From a virus (Duplodnaviria; Heunggongvirae; Uroviricota; Caudoviricetes): DNA of 18,937 nt. The position numbers and the translations under genes are program-made. Location of the stretch: the IMG/VR virus record IMGVR_UViG_2713896790_000007; one strand, given 5' to 3'. The first letter of the stretch is position 1. Each line of letters begins with the position of its first letter. Shown here in pieces: positions 1 to 9,691 of this stretch. Below the pieces are notes generated by a model. It was not told where the DNA came from. It searched no databases and saw only the letters and a list, made by a program, of their open reading frames with translations.

Positions 1-162
1 GATAATGATTATCATCTACATATCACAACGTGCGTGGAGGCCATCAAACCACGTCAAATAATCAATTATGACGCAGGTATCGTATTAATTGATCTGCATC
101 AACCTAACGTAAAAACAACTTCAGACAATACAAATCAGCGACACTGAATACAGGGCAACCTC

Positions 163-396
163 ATGTCAACGAAGAACAGAACCCGCAGAACAACAACCCG
201 CAACATCCGCTTTCCTAACCAAATGATTGAACAAATTAACATCGCTCTTGAGCAAAAAGGGTCCGGGAATTTCTCAGCCTGGGTCATTGAAGCCTGCCGC
301 CGGAGACTGTGCTCAGAAAAAAGAGTTTCGCCTGAAGCAAACAAAGAAAAGAGTGACATTACTGAATTGCTCAGAAAACAGGTCAGACCAGATTGA
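163..396 (+). CDS. ynfO: Small DUF3950-type (YnfO/YlcI-like) prophage protein, 77 aa
   Basis: 77-aa ORF directly upstream of ydfO as in K-12 Qin; the family name is from memory. Weak SD. Confidence 0.6.
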   Translation: MSTKNRTRRTTTRNIRFPNQMIEQINIALEQKGSGNFSAWVIEACRRRLCSEKRVSPEANKEKSDITELLRKQVRPD

Positions 397-453
397 AGCA
401 ATTTAGATAATCGTGCAGACTACGCCCCCTCATATCACATGGAAGGTTTATCT

Positions 454-864
454 ATGGATCAGGTAGTCATTTTTAAACAAATATTTGATAAAGTTCGAAA
501 CGATTTAAACTATCAATGGTTTTATTCTGAGCTAAAACGTCACAATGTCTCACATTACATTTACTATTTAGCCACAGAGAATGTTCATATTGTATTAAAA
601 AATGATAATACAGTGTTATTAAAGGGCCTAAAAAACATTGTGTCTGTCAAATTTTCAAAGGATAGGCATCTTATAGAAACGACCTCTAATAAGCTGAAAT
701 CCAGAGAGATCACATTTCAGGAATACAGAAGAAACCTTGCTAAAGCAGGAGTTTTTCGGTGGGTTACAAATATCCACGAACAAAAAAGATATTACTATAC
801 CTTTGATAATTCATTACTATTTACTGAAAGCATCCAGAAAACTACACAGATCTTACCACGCTAA
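454..864 (+). CDS. ydfO: DUF1398-family prophage protein (YdfO/YbcV-like), 136 aa
   Basis: ORF 439..864; the internal ATG at 454 gives the 136-aa form [14 protein letters not shown]... recalled for YdfO. Confidence 0.8.
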
Positions 865-966
865 ACCATAACGTCCGGCTTCTCTCACTCCTGAGCCGGA
901 CTGCATTGGTTTAATAAAAACCATCAACAATTGTGATTTAGATATTCGGAACCATTCAAATATAAC

Positions 967-990
967 AAAACCCCGTAAAAACGAGGTTTA
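967..990. terminator. Bidirectional hairpin between convergent ydfO and gnsB
   Basis: Imperfect inverted repeat aaaccccgt-aaaa-acgaggttt, T-rich on the minus strand immediately after the gnsB stop. Confidence 0.4.
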
Positions 991-1015
991 TGGATAAATT
1001 TTATTATTGAATACA

Positions 1016-1189
1016 TCAGATTAAATTAATCTTGACATCATAGCTTTCAAGACCCGTCATTTTTTCCCGTGCGGTAAACTGAATACTGGTAACTTCTTTC
1101 CCGGTCTTTTTCTTAAGTTCAATAATTTTTTTTGTTATATATTCAGAAATATCTGCTTCTGCTTTTGTTTTTAAGTTTTCAATATTCAT
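1016..1189 (-). CDS. gnsB: GnsB, 57 aa (below the ORF-track length cut-off)
   Basis: Manual minus-strand translation MNIENLKTKAEADISEYITKKIIELKKKTGKEVTSIQFTAREKMTGLESYDVKINLI with AAGAGGAA SD; GnsA/GnsB family from memory. Confidence 0.85.
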   Translation of the reverse strand: MNIENLKTKAEADISEYITKKIIELKKKTGKEVTSIQFTAREKMTGLESYDVKINLI

Positions 1190-1360
1190 CATTTCCTCTT
1201 TTAGTCTGTTATGACTTTCCAGTTACACAGTAAGTCGATTATATGGTGCAAACGTGTAAAAGATAAGATGAAACATCGCAATAATCAACATACGATAGTC
1301 TAAATTTTACACAAACAGACAAAGAGAATTTTCCTGAATTATCAATGCAATAGCATCAAA

Positions 1361-1591
1361 TTAACTCAAGAGCCTTATTGCTGCTTCCAGAATTTCTTCT
1401 GAAGTAACATGTCGATCCGCGGCTACATAAATGACTTTATGATCTCCGGTCAGAGATGGAAACCCTGCGGCCATTACAGTAAGGTGTGTTTTTTCGCCAT
1501 TTGGATATTCACGCATGATGGTGTTAACTCCAGTCATCGCTGGCACTACCACTGCTGGTTCAGAGTTAAAAAAAACTATGATTTTTTTCAT
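1361..1591 (-). CDS. Hypothetical prophage protein, 76 aa (ynfN position)
   Basis: ORF between gnsB and cspI; start taken at the internal ATG (MKKIIVFFNS...). Weak SD, function unknown. Confidence 0.45.
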   Translation of the reverse strand: MKKIIVFFNSEPAVVVPAMTGVNTIMREYPNGEKTHLTVMAAGFPSLTGDHKVIYVAADRHVTSEEILEAAIRLLS

Positions 1592-1862
1592 GATGTTACC
1601 GTAGTATGTGAGTATCCATCGAATAGACACCAAGCAAAAAAGCTCCCGAAGGAGCCTTCATTTTCACTTTTTTAAATCCAACGACAGACGGCTGGCATTT
1701 AAGTATTGTGAAATATTATCAAATGTAATCATCATTGATTTACAAAAGATACATTTTGCCCCGAAAGGATTCATGTCAGAAACATCAAAAGATGATGTTC
1801 TATACTGGGAACCATGACAACACGGGCATCTAAAGTGAATATGGTTTGTAATATTGTCTACC

Positions 1863-2075
1863 TCAAAGCGCCACTACATGAACAGCGGCAGGACCTTTAG
1901 GTCCGTTCTCAATACCAAATTCAACTTCCTGATTCTCAGTTAATGTTTTGAAATCGTTGCTCTGAATTGCTGAGAAATGGACAAACACATCTTTGCTGCC
2001 ATCTTTCGGCGTGATGAAACCAAAACCTTTTTCAGGGTTAAACCATTTCACTAAACCAGTCATTGTGTTAGACAT
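1863..2075 (-). CDS. cspI: Cold-shock protein CspI (CspA family), 70 aa
   Basis: [21 protein letters not shown]... cold-shock domain with RNP motifs; long 5' UTR region upstream (2076-2430). Confidence 0.95.
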   Translation of the reverse strand: MSNTMTGLVKWFNPEKGFGFITPKDGSKDVFVHFSAIQSNDFKTLTENQEVEFGIENGPKGPAAVHVVAL

Positions 2076-2437
2076 AATTATTACCTTTTGAAGAAATTAG
2101 CCCTTGGGCAGAATGGTCCGAAAAAAAATATCAGAGAGAAAAACCAACAAGGAAATCTCAAGAGGTACAAATAATAAAATTATAACAATGACTGCTTCAG
2201 ATAAATTTGTAACAAACCAGAACACCATTAACGCATGATTAACCACCCATAGCAAGGATTACTTTTGTAAAGAAAAACACAGCAATGAAAGAATAGCTTT
2301 ATTTATTAATAAAACGTGTCATTCTGATTAAGACCTTTTATCTTACCCTTAAGATTTCAGGAATTTTGGCTCATGGAAGAGTCCTTTTTATTTAAATTTT
2401 ACATTCCGCGATGTAAATGTTCCGATTTAATATTACC

Positions 2438-3353
<916 letters not shown>

Positions 3354-3357
<4 letters not shown>

Positions 3358-3665
3358 AGATATTTATGATGAGGACGCTCGTGCTTATTGGCAGGATTTT
3401 CAATCTTAAAGGAGTACTGATGCTGCAGATAAGACTCAACTTTTTCTGACAATTTTTCTGCTACTTCCAGGAAGACTTGCCGGACGCTCCTTCTGGCTGC
3501 TGCCTCATAAAACTCCAGCGCAGCTCCTTCAACACGGTCCATGGCGACATCTAGGTCAAAAATTTCACCGTCAAAGCGTTCTTTGTCCTGTAAGGCTACA
3601 GTTACCGTAACTTTATTCTCAAAATTACGGACTCCTTTCACAACCAGTTCATAGTCTTGAGTCAT
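3354..3665 (-). CDS. ydfR: DUF1327-family prophage protein YdfR, 103 aa
   Basis: ORF between holin and endolysin, ATGA overlap with the rrrQ start; matches recalled YdfR. Confidence 0.8.
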
Positions 3666-3669
3666 TGGA

Positions 3670-3885
3670 TTACTCTCCTCTCGCAGCCTTACGCCTGTCT
3701 TCTTTAATCTTGAAATAAAGATTTGTCAGATACGTCAGCAGGCCAAAAACCAGGCTACCCAGCACACCGATTGCAGCCCACTGTGACGGAGTTACTTTAT
3801 CGAGTAACTGCAATGCCCAGAAACCAGCATTACCCGCCGATGTGCCATAGGCAACACCTGTTGTTAACTTATCCATTGATTTCAT
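3670..3885 (-). CDS. essQ: Phage 21 S-like pinholin, 71 aa, dual-start MKSM motif
   Basis: [26 protein letters not shown]... with two TM segments and a charged C-tail; the longer ORF to 3960 is probably not used. Confidence 0.9.
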   Translation of the reverse strand: MKSMDKLTTGVAYGTSAGNAGFWALQLLDKVTPSQWAAIGVLGSLVFGLLTYLTNLYFKIKEDRRKAARGE

Positions 3886-4104
3886 ATCCTCACCCCGATG
3901 TACACGGATGGTGCAATATGTTTGAAAAGATCGGAGTCTACGGGGTAGTTTTGACAGCACACGTTGTTCTCAACGGCGCTAAAAAAACATACACATTAAA
4001 AATGTGGGTAATTATTTTGAAAGAAAGTCATATATAAAATAATAATACGAGAAATGTTTTCATATTTAGTGTACTGTATACGGCCATTTATACAGGAAAA
4101 GCCT

Positions 4105-4275
4105 ATGTCAGAACGTAAAAACTCAAAATCACGCCGTAATTATCTCGTTAAATGTTCCTGCCCAAACTGCACCCAAGAGTCAGAACACAGTTTTTCAAGA
4201 GTACAAAAAGGTGCCCTTTTGATCTGCCCTCATTGCAACAAAGTATTCCAGACAAATCTTAAAGCTGTAGCCTGA
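4105..4275 (+). CDS. Small zinc-ribbon protein, 56 aa (CxxC...CxxC)
   Basis: ATG at 4105 preceded by AGGAAAA; MSERKNSKSRRNYLVKCSCPNCTQ...ICPHCNKVF. Function unknown. Confidence 0.5.
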   Translation: MSERKNSKSRRNYLVKCSCPNCTQESEHSFSRVQKGALLICPHCNKVFQTNLKAVA

Positions 4276-4332
4276 TTGATTTTATTAGTAACAAGTATTT
4301 TTTATATTTTAATAATATATTTAAAGCAGATA

Positions 4333-4358
4333 ATAAAAAACCCGCCTGAGCGGGTTTG
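4333..4358. terminator. Bidirectional rho-independent terminator hairpin
   Basis: aaaaaacccgc-ctga-gcgggttt; the minus-strand reading has a T-run after the stem. Confidence 0.6.
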
Positions 4359-4638
4359 AGATTGTGGTGCTTTTTGTGGGAGTCATCCACTTACGCACTT
4401 TGTTTTGCCATGCCAGCAGTTAGCTTCTGCTGTAAAACTATTCATGCAGCAAACCTGCACTTCACCACAATGGTTAGCATACTTTTCCTGATTAAGATTT
4501 TGCCAAATATGCTAGCCATTGTTTCATGTATTGGACCTCCTTACTTTTTATTAAAGAGATCCAATATTCACTACTCTGTCCGTATCTCTACTCAGGCATC
4601 AGCCTTCTTCGTTATCGTATACAGACGAGCGATGAATT

Positions 4639-4854
4639 TTAATCAGTAATGATGACATTTGCTGCTGCAGGACCTTTAGCACCACTCTCTATAGAGAAGG
4701 TAACCTTTTGACCTTCAAATAAGGTTCGATAATTATCATTCTGAATCGCAGAAAAATGCACAAACACATCTTTACTACCATCAACAGGAGAAATAAAGCC
4801 GAAACCTTTATCAGCGTTAAACCATTTTACTAAACCAGTCATTTTATTTGACAT
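4639..4854 (-). CDS. cspB: Cold-shock protein CspB, 71 aa
   Basis: [23 protein letters not shown]... CspA-family sequence. Confidence 0.95.
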   Translation of the reverse strand: MSNKMTGLVKWFNADKGFGFISPVDGSKDVFVHFSAIQNDNYRTLFEGQKVTFSIESGAKGPAAANVIITD

Positions 4855-5154
4855 TCTACATTCCTTAACTTGAGCCTTTCGGCATAAATGGTTTGCATAA
4901 CAGAAACGACTTCGTACTTAATTGGAGAGACTCAAAGAAGGAATAAGTGAATAACACCTGAAATGAGAACTGCTTTAGTAAACTACTTCGTATATCGTCT
5001 GTTCTTCAAACCGACGCAATCATTAACGCATAGTTGAACATATGAAGCAATGTTTATTTTAGACATCCAGCCATCTTCAACCCCATCAAAAAACTATAGC
5101 TTTCTTCAGGAACGTGTGTATAGTGCGCCAAGTTATCAGTATTAAGGAATTTTT

Positions 5155-5367
5155 TTGTCCCGTAAAATGACAGGAATTGTCAAAACCTTTGACGGCAAAA
5201 GCGGCAAGGGTCTTATCACCCCATCCGATGGTCGTATCGATGTCCAGCTTCATGTTTCAGCGCTCAATCTCCGCGATGCAGAAGAAATTACCACCGGATT
5301 ACGCGTGGAATTTTGCCGGATAAATGGTCTGCGTGGCCCTTCAGCTGCCAATGTTTACCTTTCATGA
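5155..5367 (+). CDS. cspF: Cold-shock-domain protein CspF, 70 aa
   Basis: [23 protein letters not shown]... divergent CspA-family member, divergently transcribed from cspB. Confidence 0.95.
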
Positions 5368-5421
5368 GCTATATTAAAGCTTTAATTTCAGGCCCCATCG
5401 GATCACACATGGAGAGTTTTT

Positions 5422-5511
5422 ATGAATAACCCCGTCTGTCTTGATGACTGGTTGATTGGCTTTAAAAGCTTATGCTGTACTTTGGCCGTAATAGCTCTGC
5501 TAATAATATAA
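5422..5511 (+). CDS. Candidate small protein, 29 aa, hydrophobic C-terminus
   Basis: GGAGAG SD 5 nt upstream of ATG; [29 protein letters not shown]. No homology check possible. Confidence 0.3.
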
Positions 5512-5658
5512 TAAGCAGACTCATTGTGTTTAGGGACATTGTACTGGAAGAAAACATTTTAAACATCAGGCAAATAACCAAGTCACCAGCTAAATAATAA
5601 GTTAACAGACATGAGTCCCGGGATGAGATTCAACATTACCATTGCCCCATTTAAAGCA

Positions 5659-5695
5659 CAAAACCCGCTCATCAGCGGGTTTTCTACTTTTTCTT
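5659..5695 (+). terminator. Rho-independent terminator
   Basis: aaacccgc-tcatca-gcgggttt followed by tctacttttt. Confidence 0.6.
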
Positions 5696-5788
5696 AACGT
5701 CGGGTATACAAAGCCCATCGTTGAAAAAATTTTATCCATATTTTTTGAAAAATGCAAACATCATGTCGCCATCTTCAGCAAAAATCAT

Positions 5789-6541
5789 TTATCTCGTCAC
5801 CTTCCTCAATTGCGCTTCCGCGTATGCTTCTTCCTGCCAGCACTTTGTTACCAGTTTACCAATGACGTCCGCATACCCCTTATACCACTGATAATCGGTC
5901 AGGTCTGGTACCAGCTTCTGGACATGACGTCGTGCCAGCGTGGTCGGTAAACGACTAAACCGGTTTCCATTACAACGCCCACAAATCTTATATACCGGTA
6001 CGCCATGAAACCGGGTTCTTTTTTCATCCAGAACAATCCCTTTACCCTTACACCCTCTGCACGCTGTGCTGGCTTCGCCCTTACCATGGCAATGCTGACA
6101 TAGTTCCTTCACCCATTCTTCCTTGATTACAGATTCCCCGCGTCTGTAGTGTTTCACCACTTCGCGCAATACATTATAAAATCCCGTACCTGAACAATGC
6201 TCACAGCGAGCCTTACTTGCCGCAGACCTGGAGTAATCAGCAAAGGCAAAACTCACGAGGTAAGGAATAATCTGTAACCGGATTTCTTCACTCAATTTGT
6301 TCAATGTCGGGTTATCCAGTGCCATCGCGTAATTTAGCAGGCCTTCAATCGCAAACTGAGGGTCCTGAACACCAACTTTTGCCAGAAATAAGGCCAACCC
6401 AAGTGGTGCTTTCGACTGCACCATCCCCTGCGCTGCCATTACATCCGTAATTGTTAAACAACCGGTGCCTGTCGCTGGAGCGTCATCGCTCAATTTTGGA
6501 GATTTTGGGGAGTAATATTTTGGTAAGGCTTCAAGGTTCAT
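5789..6541 (-). CDS. quuQ: Late-gene antiterminator Q, 250 aa, Cys-rich zinc-binding
   Basis: Start chosen at the internal ATG 6541 (SD GGAGAA; MNLEALPKYY...); multiple CxxC motifs. Confidence 0.85.
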   Translation of the reverse strand: MNLEALPKYYSPKSPKLSDDAPATGTGCLTITDVMAAQGMVQSKAPLGLALFLAKVGVQDPQFAIEGLLNYAMALDNPTLNKLSEEIRLQIIPYLVSFAFADYSRSAASKARCEHCSGTGFYNVLREVVKHYRRGESVIKEEWVKELCQHCHGKGEASTACRGCKGKGIVLDEKRTRFHGVPVYKICGRCNGNRFSRLPTTLARRHVQKLVPDLTDYQWYKGYADVIGKLVTKCWQEEAYAEAQLRKVTR

Positions 6542-6554
6542 GCTCGTTCTCCAC

Positions 6555-7643
6555 TTACGCCAGTACGCCAATTGCCAGCGCGCGATCGATAAAACGAAAT
6601 ATCAGCTCCAGTTGGGAGCCATACTTATCTTCAAATGCCACTGTATCCGTATGCAGCTCGTTGTGATGCTTTCTGCACAAAGGCAACACAAAGAGATCAT
6701 GTGCTTTTGTTCCCATTCCGCCCTGCCCGTGACCAATCAGATGATGCGGATCGTCGGCTGGCATACCGCAGCAAGCACACGGCTGTGTCTTAACCCAACG
6801 TGTGTATTTCTCCTTAACCCAGCGGCGACGTTTAGGCAGCTTCATGAAAGATTCCGGAGACTCTGGATCAACGGTGATGCTTACCACCGTCTTTTCCTGT
6901 GGTGATTTTTGTTGCTGGTGGGCGTAAGGCAACGGTGCAAGATTTTTTGTGCGTTGTTTCAATATGCTGGTGGCGGTCTGCTCTCCCGGTACGATGTCGC
7001 TTTCGCGGTACACCGAGCAGATTTTTTCCGCTGGTAATCCCAGCGAACGACGCGATACAGCCTCAGGTAGTGCATCCACCACCTGATTGCAGACCGCCCA
7101 CCAGGATAATTCAGCCAAAGATAATTCCCGCTCCTGCGTACCGCTTATTGCGTGACGGATGACGTCAATCACCCATGCTGTCAGATTTTGTTGAGCAAGC
7201 AGCTCCAGTGATTCCGATGTCTGGTCACGCAGTTGGTTGTCGCAGTGCCAGCACAACACCATTGCGCCGGTACCATAACGGTGAATGACTGTTTCAGTGT
7301 GATGGTAATCGCCATTAGGCCACTGGCAGGATGTAACATGACGTAATAGCCAGTCGGACAATGCGCCAACGCCGCCAGCAGCACGAATCACCCGTTCGTT
7401 ACTAAAAAACGGCAGCAATGTTTTGTCTTCCGCCAGCGGCTGGCGAACGGCAGGAACGACTCCGGATGGCAGATTACGCATGCTTTTTGGTTCCGGTTCC
7501 ACCAGCACTCGAGGATTATGAAATATCTGTATGGATTCACGGCCCGGCTTAAGGACCACCAGCCCAAGCTCAGGCACCAGAACAGGTCTAAGTAATACCC
7601 GCACGTTACCTCCAGATCCGTTGCTGGAAAGTGCGGGACGCAC
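6555..7643 (-). CDS. ydfU: DUF968-family prophage protein with C-terminal HNH-like motif (YdfU-like); start uncertain
   Basis: 362-aa maximal ORF; C-terminal CACCGMPADDPHHLIGHGQGG...CRKHHNELH; N-terminal 38 nt overlap the next ORF. Confidence 0.75.
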   Translation of the reverse strand: MRPALSSNGSGGNVRVLLRPVLVPELGLVVLKPGRESIQIFHNPRVLVEPEPKSMRNLPSGVVPAVRQPLAEDKTLLPFFSNERVIRAAGGVGALSDWLLRHVTSCQWPNGDYHHTETVIHRYGTGAMVLCWHCDNQLRDQTSESLELLAQQNLTAWVIDVIRHAISGTQERELSLAELSWWAVCNQVVDALPEAVSRRSLGLPAEKICSVYRESDIVPGEQTATSILKQRTKNLAPLPYAHQQQKSPQEKTVVSITVDPESPESFMKLPKRRRWVKEKYTRWVKTQPCACCGMPADDPHHLIGHGQGGMGTKAHDLFVLPLCRKHHNELHTDTVAFEDKYGSQLELIFRFIDRALAIGVLA

Positions 7644-7884
7644 GTGGTGGGCGTTCGGAATAAGGCAGCCTGACAGAGATTATCCAGTGCCGATAGTCGA
7701 GACTGAGAGCTTTCTTAACCTCGAACCCGCGCCTGCGGTAAGAATGAATCAGCCATTCGGCCTGTTCTGCAGTGCATGGAGGGTGCTGGAACCATTCAGA
7801 CTTGAATGCGTGAGAATACCGCCCGTGCGTGCAGGCAAGAACGGGCGAATTATCAGAATTGTAATATTTTGCGTTGCGTGCCAT
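7606..7884 (-). CDS. Hypothetical protein, 92 aa, overlapping the ydfU 5' end
   Basis: ATG with GGAGA SD; could be a separate gene or a frameshifted N-terminal part of ydfU. Confidence 0.35.
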   Translation of the reverse strand: MARNAKYYNSDNSPVLACTHGRYSHAFKSEWFQHPPCTAEQAEWLIHSYRRRGFEVKKALSLDYRHWIISVRLPYSERPPRASRTFQQRIWR

Positions 7885-7950
7885 CGGTTTTCTCCGGTGG
7901 CACGGTGTTACTCAGCGGGAGTTCAGCCCCGCGCAAGATTGTAGATGAGT

Positions 7951-8202
7951 TTATTCTCCTGAAAAAGCAGAAAAGCCAGCTTTTATTCCGATCTCTTTCA
8001 ATGCCTGTAATGAAGTGACAAACTCACCTTCGCGCAAGATAAATCCGTCCGTGACCCGAGCATCCACAAAATTAATTAACGCAGCCCCATTCTTTCGCAA
8101 ACACATAATGCGGTAATGACTAACAAGATTTCCATTTTCAACGCACACAGCATAGAGGCCATCTTCACAAAAAATTTTACGCAGTTCTTCGATGTTCATC
8201 AT
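7951..8202 (-). CDS. rem: Rem protein, 83 aa
   Basis: MMNIEELRKIF... with GGAAGG SD; position between ydfU and hokD as in K-12. Confidence 0.75.
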   Translation of the reverse strand: MMNIEELRKIFCEDGLYAVCVENGNLVSHYRIMCLRKNGAALINFVDARVTDGFILREGEFVTSLQALKEIGIKAGFSAFSGE

Positions 8203-8317
8203 CAGAATCCTTCCGGATAATTAGCTCTCCCCTTTAAGGGACCATCCCTCTTATCCCTGCGCGCTACTTAAGTATTTTTGATTCTATTCCGGCACCGTCC
8301 AGAACTTCAAACGCGTT

Positions 8318-8352
8318 GAAAATAAAAACAAAAACCCGCCGAAGCGGGTTAA
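8318..8352 (-). terminator. Rho-independent terminator of the relB-relE-hokD operon
   Basis: aacccgcc-gaa-gcgggtt followed on the minus strand by a T-run, just downstream of the hokD stop. Confidence 0.65.
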
Positions 8353-8418
8353 GTGCGGGTGCGTTGAGGATGCCTGCCACATCAGAGGTGGCGAGGGATT
8401 TCTCCCCCGCCGGGTCTC

Positions 8419-8561
8419 TTACTCCTCAGGTTCGTAAGCTGTGAAGACAGCGACCTCCGTCTGNNNNNNNNNNNNNNNNNNNNNNNNNNNNNNNNNNNNN
8501 NNNNNNNNNNNNNTAAACAGATGACGATCAGGGCGATTAACATCGCCTTTTGCTGCTTCAT
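8419..8561 (-). CDS. hokD: Hok-family type I toxin HokD (RelF), interrupted by an assembly gap
   Basis: N-terminus MKQQKAMLIALIVICL at 8561..8514 and C-terminus QTEVAVFTAYEPEE* at 8463..8419; the middle lies in the N-run. Confidence 0.8.
8464..8513. other. Assembly gap, 50 N
   Basis: Run of n; about 21 hokD codons (63 nt) are missing, so 50 is a placeholder length. Confidence 0.95.
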
Positions 8562-8632
8562 AGCCTGCTTCTCCTGTCAACGCAAAGCAGAAGTGTCACC
8601 TTCGGTGCGAAACAGAGATGTCATGCTTTGGT

Positions 8633-8920
8633 TCAGAGAATGCGTTTGACCGCCTCGCTATATACTTCCGAGCGTTCTCTTTTCCCAACAGAAATCACGA
8701 AAACGACAACTTTCTCGTCTATAACCTGGTATACAAGGCGATAGCCTGAAGACCGGAGCTTAATCTTGTAACAATCAGGCATACCACGGAGCTTGTTTGC
8801 TTCAATCCGGGGTGACTCAAGTACTTCAACCAGCTTCTTTTTCAACTGTTCACGTACCGTCGAGCCCAGCTTTCGCCATTCCTTTAGTGCCCGCTCGTCA
8901 AAATCCAGAAAATACGCCAT
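8633..8920 (-). CDS. relE: RelE mRNA-interferase toxin, 95 aa
   Basis: MAYFLDFDERALKEWRKLG... RelE/ParE fold. Confidence 0.95.
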   Translation of the reverse strand: MAYFLDFDERALKEWRKLGSTVREQLKKKLVEVLESPRIEANKLRGMPDCYKIKLRSSGYRLVYQVIDEKVVVFVISVGKRERSEVYSEAVKRIL

Positions 8921-9159
8921 CAGAGTTCATCCAGCGTCACACGTACTGGCTTAGGATTACGAAGCCGTTCTTTCACTATCTCCACAAGTTCAGCATCTTC
9001 ATCACTCAGGAGTGTCTGTTTGAACGGCAAGCGTTCATTGTCAGCGATATACTCGAGCATGAGACGAAGCGCTTCAGAAGGAGTTACACCCATTTTTTCA
9101 AGCGCGGCGTAAGAACGCGCTTTAAGTTCATCGTCAATACGCAGGTTAATGCTACCCAT
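8920..9159 (-). CDS. relB: RelB antitoxin, 79 aa
   Basis: MGSINLRIDDELKARSYA... ribbon-helix-helix; its stop overlaps the relE start. Confidence 0.95.
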   Translation of the reverse strand: MGSINLRIDDELKARSYAALEKMGVTPSEALRLMLEYIADNERLPFKQTLLSDEDAELVEIVKERLRNPKPVRVTLDEL

Positions 9160-9169
9160 GTCTTACACC

Positions 9170-9196
9170 TCTTGTAATTACAAATGTCATTACAAG
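9170..9196 (-). promoter_or_regulatory. relBE operator/promoter (relO-like inverted repeats)
   Basis: cTTGTAATTACAAatgtcATTACAAg immediately upstream of relB. Confidence 0.6.
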
Positions 9197-9489
9197 TATC
9201 GCACTACAACATGCTTAGGGCAAGTCACGAAGGAAGTCAGAAAGTAGTCGTAAGAACGGTGATCACTGTCCGCTTTGTGCCAGGAGCAGCCATTGCTAAG
9301 TCCATCCTGTATTGTGCAGGTCAGCTCGTTTTTAAAGAGTCCGGCCATCATCTTACTGGTACAGACACCATATACTTTGTGACGGTCAGGCTACATATGC
9401 ACAACTCAACTTATTCATCTATTTTTTGCTTTAGCATGTCAGTGTTGCTTTCTCGTCGGCGGGTGAGCGGTGACCTGACCTGTCGATAA
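9184..9489 (+). CDS. ydfV: Hypothetical protein YdfV-like, 101 aa; coding status doubtful
   Basis: ORF of the size and position recalled for K-12 ydfV; starts inside the relB operator. Confidence 0.35.
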   Translation: MSLQVSHYNMLRASHEGSQKVVVRTVITVRFVPGAAIAKSILYCAGQLVFKESGHHLTGTDTIYFVTVRLHMHNSTYSSIFCFSMSVLLSRRRVSGDLTCR

Positions 9490-9641
9490 AGGAACGTAAC
9501 ACGTTTTATGCAACACCCGCATGCGGCAGAAAATTATTGCCGAACGTTTACCCCTGTCAACAAGCTTTACTTTCTGAGGCGCGCCAGCCCGCGAGGAAAA
9601 CAATCTGAACATCAAACAATTAATGACACAAGAAATACGAT

Positions 9642-9668
9642 TAAAGATTTTTTTGTGCATGCCGATAG
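9642..9668 (+). promoter_or_regulatory. Sigma-28 (FliA) class 3 flagellar promoter of flxA
   Basis: TAAAGATT-N11-GCCGATAG versus consensus TAAAGTTT-N11-GCCGATAA, about 24 nt upstream of the flxA ATG. Confidence 0.7.
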
Positions 9669-9691
9669 TGCTTTTTTAAAAGGAGAAATCT

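Noticed and set aside
1-19. GATAATGATTATCATCTAC at the window edge resembles the 19-bp Fur box (about 14 of 16 positions matched).
   Set aside because: Single site cut by the window edge, AT-rich palindromes arise easily by chance, and no iron-related gene context is visible.
135-401. 88-aa minus-strand ORF antisense to ynfO.
   Set aside because: Fully overlapped by the ynfO ORF on the opposite strand; no SD; read as a shadow ORF.
4356-4649. 97-aa plus-strand ORF between the terminator and cspB.
   Set aside because: Lies in the cspB 3' region, has a low-complexity product and no SD; the minus-strand mini-ORF with a perfect SD is the more credible signal there.
5642-5950. 102-aa plus-strand ORF overlapping the quuQ 3' end (also 5899..6087, 6451..6666, 6540..6905, 6899..7162, 7181..7384, 7531..7944, 7806..8018).
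   Set aside because: All overlap quuQ, ydfU or rem on the other strand or frame and lack ribosome-binding sites.
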